DNA from: an uncultured delta proteobacterium
GTDB lineage: Bacteria; Myxococcota; Myxococcia; Myxococcales; Anaeromyxobacteraceae
NCBI GenBank assembly: GCA_963828255.1
Contig: CAWHDZ010000031.1
Location: 64,001-128,000, forward strand
Direction of reading: 5' to 3'
Length of the DNA: 64,000 nt
Shown here: one piece after another, positions 43,101 to 51,234 of the stretch
Numbering within the stretch: position 1 is the first letter of the stretch
Layout: every line of letters starts with the position of its first letter
Notes under the pieces: generated by a model
What the model was told of the DNA's origin: nothing
Database searches by the model: none
What the model saw: only the letters and a program-made list of their open reading frames with translations
Made by a program: the position numbers and the translations under genes

Positions 43101-44350
43101 GACAGCACGTCGCGCGGCCAGGGCGGGGGAGCGACGGTCTCGAGCCGTCCGGCCTGGAGGCCGCGGACGAGCGCCGCGCACTCGAGGAGCTCGTCGCGGC
43201 TCATGGGGAAGAAGCGGGCCTTCGGCGTCGCGCCCCTCCAGTGGCCGGAGCGTCCGGCTCGCTGCAGCGCCACGTGCAGCGCGCCGGGGCTTCCGAGCTG
43301 GGCCACCAGATCCACGGTGCCGATGTCGATGCCCAGCTCCAGCGAGGCGGTGGCGACGATGGCCTTGAGCGTCCCCGCCTTGAGCCGATCCTCGGCGTCG
43401 AGCCGCCGCGCCCGGGAGAGGCTCCCGTGGTGGGCGGCCACCAGCCCCTCGCCGAGCCTCTCGGAGAGGGCGTGGGCGGCTCGCTCGGCCATCTTGCGGG
43501 TGTTCACGAAGACGAGCGTGGTCCGGTTCTCGCGGGAGAGCTCCGCGAGCCGGTCGTAGGTCTCGGCCCACTGCTCCTTCGAGGCCACCGAGGAGAGCTC
43601 GTCCCTCGGGATCTCCACGCCCAGGTCGAGGACGCGGCCCCGCCCCACCTCGACCACCGCGCACTCCGCCGTCCCGTGCCGGACCCGACCGGCCCCCACC
43701 AGGAAGCGGGCAATCTCCTCGACCGGGCTCACGGTCGCCGAGAGCCCGATGCGCTGCGGCCTCCGGGTGCAGAGCGCCTCGAGCCGCTCGAGCGAGAGCG
43801 CGAGGTGGCTGCCCCGCTTGTCGCGGGCCACCGCGTGGATCTCGTCCACGATCACCTTGCGGACCGTGGCGAGCGACCGCCGCCCCTTCTCGCTCGTGAG
43901 GAGGAGGTAGAGCGACTCGGGCGTGGTGACGAGGACGTGGGGCGGCCGCCGCATCATGGCCTGGCGGCGCGAGGAGGGCGTGTCGCCGGTGCGGACCTCG
44001 GCCCGGATGGCCGGGGGGCGAAGGCCCGCCGCGCGGGCCTCCTCCCGCAGCGCGAGGAGCGGCTCGCGCAGGTTCTTCTCGATGTCGTTCGAGAGCGCCT
44101 TGAGGGGCGAGACGTAGAGGATGCGGGTCTCGTCGGGAAGCTCGCCGTCGAGCCCCTCGCGGAAGAGCGAGTCGAGACCGGAGAGGAAGGCGGCGAAGGT
44201 CTTGCCAGAGCCGGTGGGCGCGGAGAGGAGCACGTCCCTGCCCGCCTGGATCTCCGGCCAGCCCGCCGCCTGGGGCTCGGTGGGGGAGCCGAAGCGGGAC
44301 TCGAACCAGTCCGAGACCAGCGGGTGGAAGCCGGGGAGCACCCCGTTCAT
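40133..44350 (-). CDS. lhr: Lhr-family ATP-dependent helicase, long form
   Basis: APTGSGKT, DEIH, GLSAT, HHGSLS, LELGIDIG, QR.GRSGH, plus a long C-terminal region. Confidence 0.93.
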   Translation of the reverse strand: MNGVLPGFHPLVSDWFESRFGSPTEPQAAGWPEIQAGRDVLLSAPTGSGKTFAAFLSGLDSLFREGLDGELPDETRILYVSPLKALSNDIEKNLREPLLALREEARAAGLRPPAIRAEVRTGDTPSSRRQAMMRRPPHVLVTTPESLYLLLTSEKGRRSLATVRKVIVDEIHAVARDKRGSHLALSLERLEALCTRRPQRIGLSATVSPVEEIARFLVGAGRVRHGTAECAVVEVGRGRVLDLGVEIPRDELSSVASKEQWAETYDRLAELSRENRTTLVFVNTRKMAERAAHALSERLGEGLVAAHHGSLSRARRLDAEDRLKAGTLKAIVATASLELGIDIGTVDLVAQLGSPGALHVALQRAGRSGHWRGATPKARFFPMSRDELLECAALVRGLQAGRLETVAPPPWPRDVLSQQIVAEAASRPLGEDDLFALFRRAWPYRDLPRAEFDAIVGMLSEGVATRRGRSGALLHRDQVNHVVRGRRGARIAALTGGGAIPDNAQYQVVAEPEGVVVGQLDEDYAVESMAGDVFLLGNTAWRIRRIESGVVRVEDAGGAAPGIPFWNGEAPGRSGALSAEVSRLRAEIEPRLADRDGAIAWLVAEGAMPEAGARQAVDYLAAGRGVLSVLPTQETLVAERFFDEAGGMQLVLHAPFGARQNRALGLALRKRFCRAFDFELQAAANDDGVLLSLGPQHSFPLASIFEMLSSERVVEVLTQAALQSPMFPIRWRWDATRALALPRVLGGRKVPPPIARMRADDLLAAVFPMAVACQDNADQHAGPIEPPDHPLVAEALRDCLTEAMDAPGLERLLRRIEAGEVRLVARDLAEPSPFAHEILGAKPWAFLDDAPLEERRARAVVLRRSLPATEATGMGALDPEAIREVIDQARPEPRDADELHDLLLDVGFLPAAEGEPWRGFLDALAASGRAARARIGGREAWVAAERAQAWRVLRAEPGIDASPLDPPLAGLAGEDVPASPDEAAARALRGFLARAGPVTAPALAGRLGLPKPLVVAALHRLESEGVVLRGSFLPGGEPGEDWCDRGLLARIHRLTLGRLRREIEPVSGADLVRFLLRWQHAAPGVRLHGARGLADVVGQLQGFHAAAGAWERQILPSRVAGYEPGLLDALCLSGEVAWGRLAVTADPEEKVRRRAAPTRHAPVTLALRADLPWLLSAAKGDPPPLGASARALVDLLARCGACFLPDIAAMTGRLPGEAEGALWELVSAGLVTCDGFAGLRGLLDPPPRHRPRRPGQGGGRWALLRPPRPEGATEPSHLEPVARQLLARWGVVFRDLLGREPLAPPWRELLPVYRALEARGEIRGGRFVAGLSGEQYALPAAVESLRAVRRTPGGGERVELSGADPLNLVGGILPGARVPATLGARVAYVDGIPVPVEAAPAIHGG

Positions 44351-44417
44351 CTACCGCGGGAGGCGTCCGGGCGCACCTTGCGCCGGTCGCAGCACGAAAC
44401 CCGGTGGAGCGTCTCGC

Positions 44418-44431
44418 CGAACGTCCGTTCC
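44418..44431. promoter_or_regulatory. Candidate LexA box (GAAC-N4-GTTC)
   Basis: CGAAC-GTCC-GTTCC about 70 bp upstream of lhr, in the lhr/HNH divergent region. Confidence 0.35.
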
Positions 44432-44663
44432 GCGGCCCATGCGGCCAGCTGGGGCGTAAGGAAACGCTGCATTGACAGGTATTTTGGGAGATTCGCGTTC
44501 CGTGAAGCGGTCGTCGCGGGAATGCCCCTGTCGCTTCGCCAGGGGCTCATGCGTGCCCTTCAGGAATTCCTGGCGAGGTTCGAGATCACCCGGTGAATGG
44601 ACGCGGTGGCGAGGATCCTCGCGCGTTCCAGGAGGCCCGAAGATCACGTGAGACAGTATTTTC

Positions 44664-45929
44664 ATGAACAACGACACACTTCTCGAGGCCCGCTCCTTCC
44701 ACTCCCGGCTCATCGACCTCCTCCGGGTCGAGTTCGTCTCGCTGGGCGCCTTCCTCGAGGCCCTGGCCGAATTCGACCGGCAAAAGCTCTTCCGCACCCT
44801 CGGCCACGCGGACCTCTTCGCGTATCTCCACAGGGGGTTGAAGCTCTCCCGCGCCGCGGCTCATCACCGGCGCGCCGCCGCCTGGCTCGTCCAGCGATTC
44901 CCCGAGGTGCTGGAACCGATCCGCGAAGGGAAGCTGTGCTTCACCACCGCGTCGGTGCTGGCCTCGGTTGCGACGGAGGAGAACCTGACCGCGGTGCTTC
45001 CGCGATTCTACGGCCTCTCCAAGCAGGAGGCGCTGGAACTGGCGGCGGAGTTGAGGCCCCGGACGGTGGTCCCGACGAGGACTGTGGTCACCCGTGTGCA
45101 ACCGTCGCGGCCGGTGGGCCCGGCCGCGGACGTGAACCAGCCGGATCCGGAAATTCGCCCAGGCGAACTTTGGGCGCCCCGGACGGGGGTGGATCGAACG
45201 AAGGTGGAGCGGACGGTCGTCGAGCCGATGACCGCCGCGTCGAGCCGGATGCACGTCACGGTCTCGCGGGAGTTCCTGGCTCTCTTGAAGAAGGCAAAGG
45301 CGGGGGACTCCCACCGGAGGCCAGGAGCGAGCGACGAGGAAGTGCTCACGGCGGCGCTGCACTTGCTCATCGAGAAGCAGGCGAAGAGGAAGGCCTGCGT
45401 GCCGGCCAGGGTGAAGCGGGAGGTCGTGAAGCGGGACGGTGGGAGGTGCCAATGGCCCGTGGCCTCGGGGGGCGTCTGCGGCTCGACGGTGCGGCTGGAG
45501 GTGGACCACGTGGTCCCGCGCGGGAAGGGCGGACCGTCGACGGTCGAGAACTGCAGATTGCTCTGCAAGGGGCACAACCTCGAGGCAGCTCGCCAGGCCT
45601 ACGGCGACGCGCACATGGGCTTATTCACCAGCGGTGTACTCAAGGACGGCGCCCCCCTGGCGCGGGAGGACGTCGCGCCTTACGGGGCGGGTCGCCGGTC
45701 GCTGCCTGGCGACCGCCACAATCCGATCGCGCCCACGCCCGCCGCCGGGGTAGGTTGCCCGCCATGCTCTGGAAGGAAACCGCCGCGGTCCGGCTCCTCA
45801 GCCTGCGGATCCCGCTCCTCCTCTTCGTCGGCCCCCGGGTCCTCGAGCTCGACGACGACGGCGCGGCCGTGGGGGTGCCGCTCGGCTGGCGCACGAGGAA
45901 CCACGTGGGGTCGATGTACGTGGGGGTGA
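44664..45929 (+). CDS. HNH endonuclease with long helical N-terminal region
   Basis: RDGGRCQW..C..LEVDHVVP..GG..ENCRLLCKGHN; the 3' end overlaps the next gene by 166 bp. Confidence 0.85.
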   Translation: MNNDTLLEARSFHSRLIDLLRVEFVSLGAFLEALAEFDRQKLFRTLGHADLFAYLHRGLKLSRAAAHHRRAAAWLVQRFPEVLEPIREGKLCFTTASVLASVATEENLTAVLPRFYGLSKQEALELAAELRPRTVVPTRTVVTRVQPSRPVGPAADVNQPDPEIRPGELWAPRTGVDRTKVERTVVEPMTAASSRMHVTVSREFLALLKKAKAGDSHRRPGASDEEVLTAALHLLIEKQAKRKACVPARVKREVVKRDGGRCQWPVASGGVCGSTVRLEVDHVVPRGKGGPSTVENCRLLCKGHNLEAARQAYGDAHMGLFTSGVLKDGAPLAREDVAPYGAGRRSLPGDRHNPIAPTPAAGVGCPPCSGRKPPRSGSSACGSRSSSSSAPGSSSSTTTARPWGCRSAGARGTTWGRCTWG

Positions 45930-46231
45930 TGGCCGCCGCCGCGGACCTGGCCAGCGGGATGAACGCCTTCTCGCTCATCCGCTCCCGGTACCGGAGGGTC
46001 GTGCCGGTCTTCAAGTACGCCAGCATGGAGTTCCTGAAGCGCGCCGACGGCTACACGGTCTTCCGCACCCGGCAGGGCCGGCGCATCGCCGAGGCCATGG
46101 AGGAGACCGTTCGCACCGGGCAGCGGGTCACGCTCCCGGTGGAGGTGGTGGCGACCGTGCCGGACCGCTACGGGGACGAGCCGGTGGCCCGGTTCACCAT
46201 GGGACTGTCGGTGAAGGAGCGGAAGGGGTAG
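45764..46231 (+). CDS. Hot-dog fold protein (DUF4442/YiiD-like thioesterase)
   Basis: TRNHVGSMY.G..AAD, EFLKRA motifs. Confidence 0.8.
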   Translation: MLWKETAAVRLLSLRIPLLLFVGPRVLELDDDGAAVGVPLGWRTRNHVGSMYVGVMAAAADLASGMNAFSLIRSRYRRVVPVFKYASMEFLKRADGYTVFRTRQGRRIAEAMEETVRTGQRVTLPVEVVATVPDRYGDEPVARFTMGLSVKERKG

Positions 46232-47420
46232 CCACGGCGGCGCCGGCCGCGGCGCCTCCGATGCGGACCGGCGACGCGTCCGGGAAGGCGTGGCAACCCC
46301 GGGTGCGCAGCCGTGCGATGGCCTCGCCCAGCCCGCCCCCCAGCGCGGATCCGGCCGGAGCGCGGCAGAACGGGCAGGCGTGGACGGCGCCCTCCGCGTC
46401 CACGAACAGGTACCGGTCCCCCGCCCCGAAGCAGCCCACCGTTCGCTGGCTCCGCGCCGGGAACTCGACGAGGGGGAGGTACGAGGCCCCGGCGCTGGAG
46501 GTCCGGGCGAACCGCAGCAGGAGCTCCACCTGCTCCGGCCGGAGGGAGACGTCCTGGCCGGCCCAGCGACCGACTGCGCGAGGCTCGAGGATCCGCAGGA
46601 ATCCCGCCCCGAGATCCCGGCCCAGCCGGGCCACGCGCTCCAGGTCGTCGGTCGTGGTCTCGCGCGTCGCCGTGAACGAGAGCCCCACGACCAGCCCGGC
46701 CTCGGCTGCGGCCCGCGCGCCCCCGACCACACGCTCGAACGTCCCCTTCACTCCCCGGAATGCATCGTGGCGGGCCGGGTCCCAGTGGTCGAGGCTGACC
46801 AGGGTCCCGACGACGCCTGCCTCCCGCAGCCGACCGGCGGAACGCGGGTCGAGGCCGACGCCGCTCGTCAGCACCCAGACGTCCACCCGGGGTCCGAGGG
46901 CGCGGGCCACCGCCTCGACCGCGTCGGGTCGCAGCATCGGCTCGCCGCCGGTCAGCTCCAGGTGACAGACCCCGAGCCCGCAGAGCGCCTCGGCGATCCC
47001 GACGATCTCTCCGACTGGCAGCGCCTCCTCGGCGCGAAGCAGGTCCCAGTCGGAGCAGTGCTGGCATCGCAGGGGGCAGCGGCGTGTCACCGCCAGGATC
47101 GCCAGGTGCAGCGGCGGCGGGCCGGGCCGGGTGGGCGAGATGCGTTCGAGCTCCCCCTCGAGAAACCGGTCCAGGGCCGGGGAGGGCCAGCCCGGGATCG
47201 TCGGGTCGAGGAAGGCGCGTCCCCCGGCGCGGACCCATCGTGCCGGGAGCGGGAAGCCCCTGCGCCGCTCGACGGAGAAGGCCAGTTCGCGGGCCGCCAG
47301 GGCCGCCGAAACCGGGCCCCGGTCCCGGAGGGCGAGGCGCGCCGCGCGCAGTGCGGTTGCGCCCCGGGCCGCCCAGACCGGGGGGCCCCACACCATCGGG
47401 GATCGGACCGGAGGGTTCAC
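46194..47420 (-). CDS. Radical SAM protein with twitch/SPASM-like C-terminus
   Basis: CPLRCQHC (CxxxCxxC), TGGEP, SLD..HDAFRG, GC.AG..G.VHACPFC. Confidence 0.88.
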   Translation of the reverse strand: MNPPVRSPMVWGPPVWAARGATALRAARLALRDRGPVSAALAARELAFSVERRRGFPLPARWVRAGGRAFLDPTIPGWPSPALDRFLEGELERISPTRPGPPPLHLAILAVTRRCPLRCQHCSDWDLLRAEEALPVGEIVGIAEALCGLGVCHLELTGGEPMLRPDAVEAVARALGPRVDVWVLTSGVGLDPRSAGRLREAGVVGTLVSLDHWDPARHDAFRGVKGTFERVVGGARAAAEAGLVVGLSFTATRETTTDDLERVARLGRDLGAGFLRILEPRAVGRWAGQDVSLRPEQVELLLRFARTSSAGASYLPLVEFPARSQRTVGCFGAGDRYLFVDAEGAVHACPFCRAPAGSALGGGLGEAIARLRTRGCHAFPDASPVRIGGAAAGAAVATPSAPSPTVPW

Positions 47421-48958
47421 GGGACCGCCGCCACCGGCCTGGACATGACCTCCAGGGTCCGGCGGTAGAGCTCCACCGAGAAGAGCGAGAGGCTGCCCGG
47501 ATCGTCGCGCAGCGTGTAGAGGGTGCCCACCGAGAGCTCGGACTGGGGTGGCGTGTGGACGCGGTAGTAGCCGGAGGTGTGGAGGAAGGCGTCGCGGACC
47601 AGGCCGGGCGCCGGGGGCGGGATCTCGAACGCCAGGTCGGCCCGCTCGCCCCGGACGGCGAGCACCTGGTAGTTCCCGTCGGTTGCCCAGAGCTGGCGGC
47701 GGACGTCCTCGCCGTCCAGCTGCACCGCCCGCGTCGGCGCGAACCGCCGGCTCGGGGGATCGGCCGCCGCGACGGGCGCGAGGGCGACCCGGTCGGCGAC
47801 GAGGAACCCGACCCCGCCGCTCAGCCGGACCCGGGTCGACGGGGCACTCGTCACCGGGAGTGGAACGGCGAACCGGCGGAGGGATGCAGGCCCCACCGTC
47901 GGCACCACGGCGACCCGTTCCCAGCTCCCGTTCCGCTCCACCTCGACGCGCAGATCAACCCCCTCGCGCTCGCGCCAGGCCAGGGAGAACGCGCGCGACT
48001 CGGGCCGGTCCTCCTCGTCGAGGTACGTCTCGAGCTCCTCGCCCAGCAGCGCGAAGAAGCGACCGAAGACCACGTCCAGCCAGGGGGTGTTCCCGGCGTC
48101 GAGCTCGAGCGCCATCGGGCCTCCGCCCGGCGGCGTGGGGAAGGTCAGGACCAGCCCCTCGCGCACCGGCGGGGACGGGCGGCGGGAAACCTCGTCGAGG
48201 TCGGTCTGCCAGGCCTGGCCGTCGGCGTCGCGGAGCAGCGGAAGGACGTCGCGTCCCTCGAGATCGGTGGCCGAGAGCGGGGGCCTGGAGTCTCCGACGA
48301 GGAGCAGCCGGGCGTCGTGGGTGGCCAGGGTCCGCCGTCCCGGGGCCCTGTCGACCAGGACGAGCTCGGCGAGGTCGGTGAACTGCGTCTCCCGGGCCTC
48401 GTTGGAGAGGATGACCTTCGGGCGGGCCCCGAGCGCCGGCAGGGGCAGGAGGTCGTCCCGCTGGGTGGCCCGGGAGGTCGCGCCGGAGTAGGCCTCCCCC
48501 ACGAAGCGGAGACCGTCGCCGCCGTCCACGTAGACGAACGGGCAGGAGGTCTTGGTCGTCGCCACGACCACGGCCGCGATCCCTGCCACCAGGAGGAGCG
48601 TCCCCAGGACGATGCCGGTGACCAGGAAGGCCGTGCGCCAGCCATCGAGCGACCGGACCTCCACCTGGGTGACCTCCCGGAGGTCCAGGGTGACGACGTT
48701 CGGCTCTCCCTCCGGAGCGTCGACCAGGATCCCGGTGACCGTGGGGAGATCGACCTTCCTCACGTCGATGGTGACGGGCGCGCCGCCGTCCTTGGGATGC
48801 ACGCGGATGCGCGTCGACCCGTCCACGACCTCTCCGGTCTCGATCTCCTTGAGGGGGACGACGGACCAGGAATGGCAGGCCGAGGAGAAGGCCAGGAGGG
48901 TGGCGACGGCGACGAGACGGAACCAGACGGGTCGGTTCGAGGAGGAACGGCACGGCAT
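47417..48958 (-). CDS. Lipoprotein with internal TM helix and SCPFVY-initiated domain
   Basis: GGAGG RBS; lipobox FSSAC; hydrophobic helix followed by KTSCPFVY..GEAYSGA; GYY near the C-terminus. Confidence 0.75.
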   Translation of the reverse strand: MPCRSSSNRPVWFRLVAVATLLAFSSACHSWSVVPLKEIETGEVVDGSTRIRVHPKDGGAPVTIDVRKVDLPTVTGILVDAPEGEPNVVTLDLREVTQVEVRSLDGWRTAFLVTGIVLGTLLLVAGIAAVVVATTKTSCPFVYVDGGDGLRFVGEAYSGATSRATQRDDLLPLPALGARPKVILSNEARETQFTDLAELVLVDRAPGRRTLATHDARLLLVGDSRPPLSATDLEGRDVLPLLRDADGQAWQTDLDEVSRRPSPPVREGLVLTFPTPPGGGPMALELDAGNTPWLDVVFGRFFALLGEELETYLDEEDRPESRAFSLAWREREGVDLRVEVERNGSWERVAVVPTVGPASLRRFAVPLPVTSAPSTRVRLSGGVGFLVADRVALAPVAAADPPSRRFAPTRAVQLDGEDVRRQLWATDGNYQVLAVRGERADLAFEIPPPAPGLVRDAFLHTSGYYRVHTPPQSELSVGTLYTLRDDPGSLSLFSVELYRRTLEVMSRPVAAVP

Positions 48959-49191
48959 GGTGGCCTCCGGGGAAGGAAGGCGAACGGGCGCCTCGCGTCT
49001 TCCAGACCGTCCTCGGAGCCCCCTGTGACATCATCCGCCTCCGGGAAGCGGGCGGCATGGTGCTTCGGGGAGAGCCCGTACGGGGAGTCACCAGGAGGGC
49101 GTGACCGTGTTCACGGGGGGTTGAGGGAGTCGACCGGGGAGGTCGACGTTGCGTTCTTGCGCGGGCATTGCGCCGGCTGAAGCCGGCGCCG

Positions 49192-50367
49192 TCAGCGGAA
49201 CGCGCCGATCCCCGTGACCGCCTCGCCGATCACCAGCATGTGCATCTCGTGGGTCCCCTCGTAGGTGTAGACGCTCTCGAGGTTCGCCATGTGGCGCATG
49301 ATCGGGTACTCGCCGAGGATGCCGCTCGCGCCCAGGATGGTCCGGGCCCGCGCGCAGATCTCCCGGGCCACAGAGACGTTGTTCATCTTGGCCATGGAGA
49401 TCTGGGCCGGCGTCACCGTGCCGACGTCCTTGCGCCGGGCCACGTGGAGCGCCAGCAGCTGCCCCTTGGCCAGCTCGGTCACCATCCAGGCGAGCTTCTC
49501 CTGGGTGAGCTGGAATCCGGCGATGGGGCGGTCGAACTGGACGCGGGACCTGGCGTGATCGAGCGCGCACTGGTAGCAGGCCTCGGCCGCGCCGAGCACC
49601 CCCCAGGCGATGCCGAAGCGGGCCTGGTTGAGGCAAGAGAGCGGCCCCTTCAGGCTCTTCACTCCGGGCAAAAGGCTCCGCTCCTCGTCCACCAGCACGT
49701 CGTCGAGGACCAGCTCGGAGGTCACCGACGCCCGCAGCGACCACTTCCCCTTCATCTCCGGCGCCGTGAAGCCGGGAGTCCCCTTCTCGACCAGGAACCC
49801 CCGGATGCCATCGTCGGTGCGGGCCCACACCACCGCCACGTCGGCCACCGAGCCGTTCGTGATCCACATCTTGGAGCCGTTCAAGCGCCAGCGGCCCCCC
49901 TCGCGGACGGCCCGGGTGCGCATGCCGGATGGGTTCGACCCGAAGTCGGGCTCGGTGAGGCCGAAGCAGCCGATGGCCTCGCCGGAGGCGAGGAGCGGAA
50001 GCCAGTGGTCCTTCTGCGCGTCCGACCCGTAGGCGAAGATCGGGTACATGACGAGCGAGCCCTGCACCGAGGCGAAGCTGCGCAGCGCCGAGTCGCCCCG
50101 CTCCAGCTCGTACATGAGCAGGCCGTAGGCCGCGCTGGAAAGCCCGGCGCAGCCGTAGCGCGCGGGGAGGGTGGGGCCGAGGAACCCCAGCTCCCCCATG
50201 GGGCGCACCAGCGCCGAGGGGAAGGTCTGGTCCTGCGCGTGGCGCTCGATCACCGGGAGCACCCGCTCGTTGACGAACTGGCGGGCCTGGGCCTGGACCA
50301 TCCGCTCCTCGTCGGTGAGGAGCTCGCGGACCTCCAGGAAGTCGGTCATCTGGCTCGAGCCGCTCAT
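49192..50367 (-). CDS. gcdH: Glutaryl-CoA dehydrogenase-like acyl-CoA dehydrogenase
   Basis: ELERGDS, SVQGSLVMYPI, CFGLTEPDFGS, LRASVT, YTYEGTH. Confidence 0.9.
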   Translation of the reverse strand: MSGSSQMTDFLEVRELLTDEERMVQAQARQFVNERVLPVIERHAQDQTFPSALVRPMGELGFLGPTLPARYGCAGLSSAAYGLLMYELERGDSALRSFASVQGSLVMYPIFAYGSDAQKDHWLPLLASGEAIGCFGLTEPDFGSNPSGMRTRAVREGGRWRLNGSKMWITNGSVADVAVVWARTDDGIRGFLVEKGTPGFTAPEMKGKWSLRASVTSELVLDDVLVDEERSLLPGVKSLKGPLSCLNQARFGIAWGVLGAAEACYQCALDHARSRVQFDRPIAGFQLTQEKLAWMVTELAKGQLLALHVARRKDVGTVTPAQISMAKMNNVSVAREICARARTILGASGILGEYPIMRHMANLESVYTYEGTHEMHMLVIGEAVTGIGAFR

Positions 50368-51164
50368 CCGCCCTCCACCTCCCGGTCGGGTGAGAGCCCG
50401 GATCTCACGTTTCCGAGCAACGCCAGGAGCCGCGGCCCCACGTCCCGCTTGAGCAACTCGGGCTCGAGCTGGAAGGCCGCGCCGGAGACCCCCACCACGA
50501 TGGGGCCGGCTCCGTCCGGCAAGAGGAGCGGCGCCGCCACCGCGTTGATCTCGCGCCGCCAGTCGCCCAGGCCGAAGCAGAAGCCGTGCGCGTCGAAGTC
50601 GCGGAAGGCCTGCTCCATGCGCTTCCGGTTCACCGGCCAGTCGGCCGGGCGGGCCACCCGCATGGCCTCGAGGATGCGCTTGCGCTCCGGTGCGGGGAGC
50701 GACGAGACCCAGGCCCGCCCCAGCGAGGTGGTGGCCACCGGGACGCGGGAGCCGATGTCGATGACGAAGGAGGCGCTGTTCCAGTAGGTGTCCACCACCT
50801 GCATGGAGAGCCGGTCGTTCACCGCCAGGTGGACCGAGGCCTTGGTGTACTGGGAGAGCTCCTGCAGGAAGGGGCGGGCCACGCGCCGCACGTCCATCTG
50901 CCCCAGGGCCGCGAAGCCCAGGCCGATGGCGGCGCTGCCCAGCGCGTACTTGCTGGTGGACTCGGAGGCCCGCAGGTACCCGAGCCGGGTCAGCGTGTAG
51001 GCCAGGCGGGAGACGGTGGGCTTGGCGAGCCCGGTGCGCCGGGCGATCTCCTGGTTGGCGAGCCAGCGGTCGCGCGGGCCGAAGCAGCGCAGCACCTCCA
51101 GCCCGCGCGAGAGCGCGGTCACGAACTTCCGGTCCGAGGGGGACCTGCGCTTCGCCGCGGCCAC
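50364..51164 (-). CDS. IclR-family transcriptional regulator
   Basis: FVTALSRGLEVLRCF, HTH with KPTVSRL, TSLGRA, NAVAAP. Confidence 0.93.
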   Translation of the reverse strand: MAAAKRRSPSDRKFVTALSRGLEVLRCFGPRDRWLANQEIARRTGLAKPTVSRLAYTLTRLGYLRASESTSKYALGSAAIGLGFAALGQMDVRRVARPFLQELSQYTKASVHLAVNDRLSMQVVDTYWNSASFVIDIGSRVPVATTSLGRAWVSSLPAPERKRILEAMRVARPADWPVNRKRMEQAFRDFDAHGFCFGLGDWRREINAVAAPLLLPDGAGPIVVGVSGAAFQLEPELLKRDVGPRLLALLGNVRSGLSPDREVEGG

Positions 51165-51214
51165 GCCGGCACCCTAGCAGAACGCGCGACCCACGTGCTA
51201 CGGTGCGGCACCTC

Positions 51215-51231
51215 GTTTCGTACCGCGAAAC
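51215..51231. promoter_or_regulatory. Candidate IclR operator 1
   Basis: GTTTCG-TACCG-CGAAAC inverted repeat between the divergent iclR and oxidoreductase genes; same arms as at 56542. Confidence 0.7.
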
Positions 51232-51234
51232 CCC

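Noticed and set aside
40142..44596. 1484-aa ORF antisense to lhr, and similar long shadow ORFs (e.g. 12132-14681, 58786-62442)
   Set aside because: Expected from the scarcity of stop codons in GC-rich DNA; no recognisable motifs, and each mirrors a well-supported gene.
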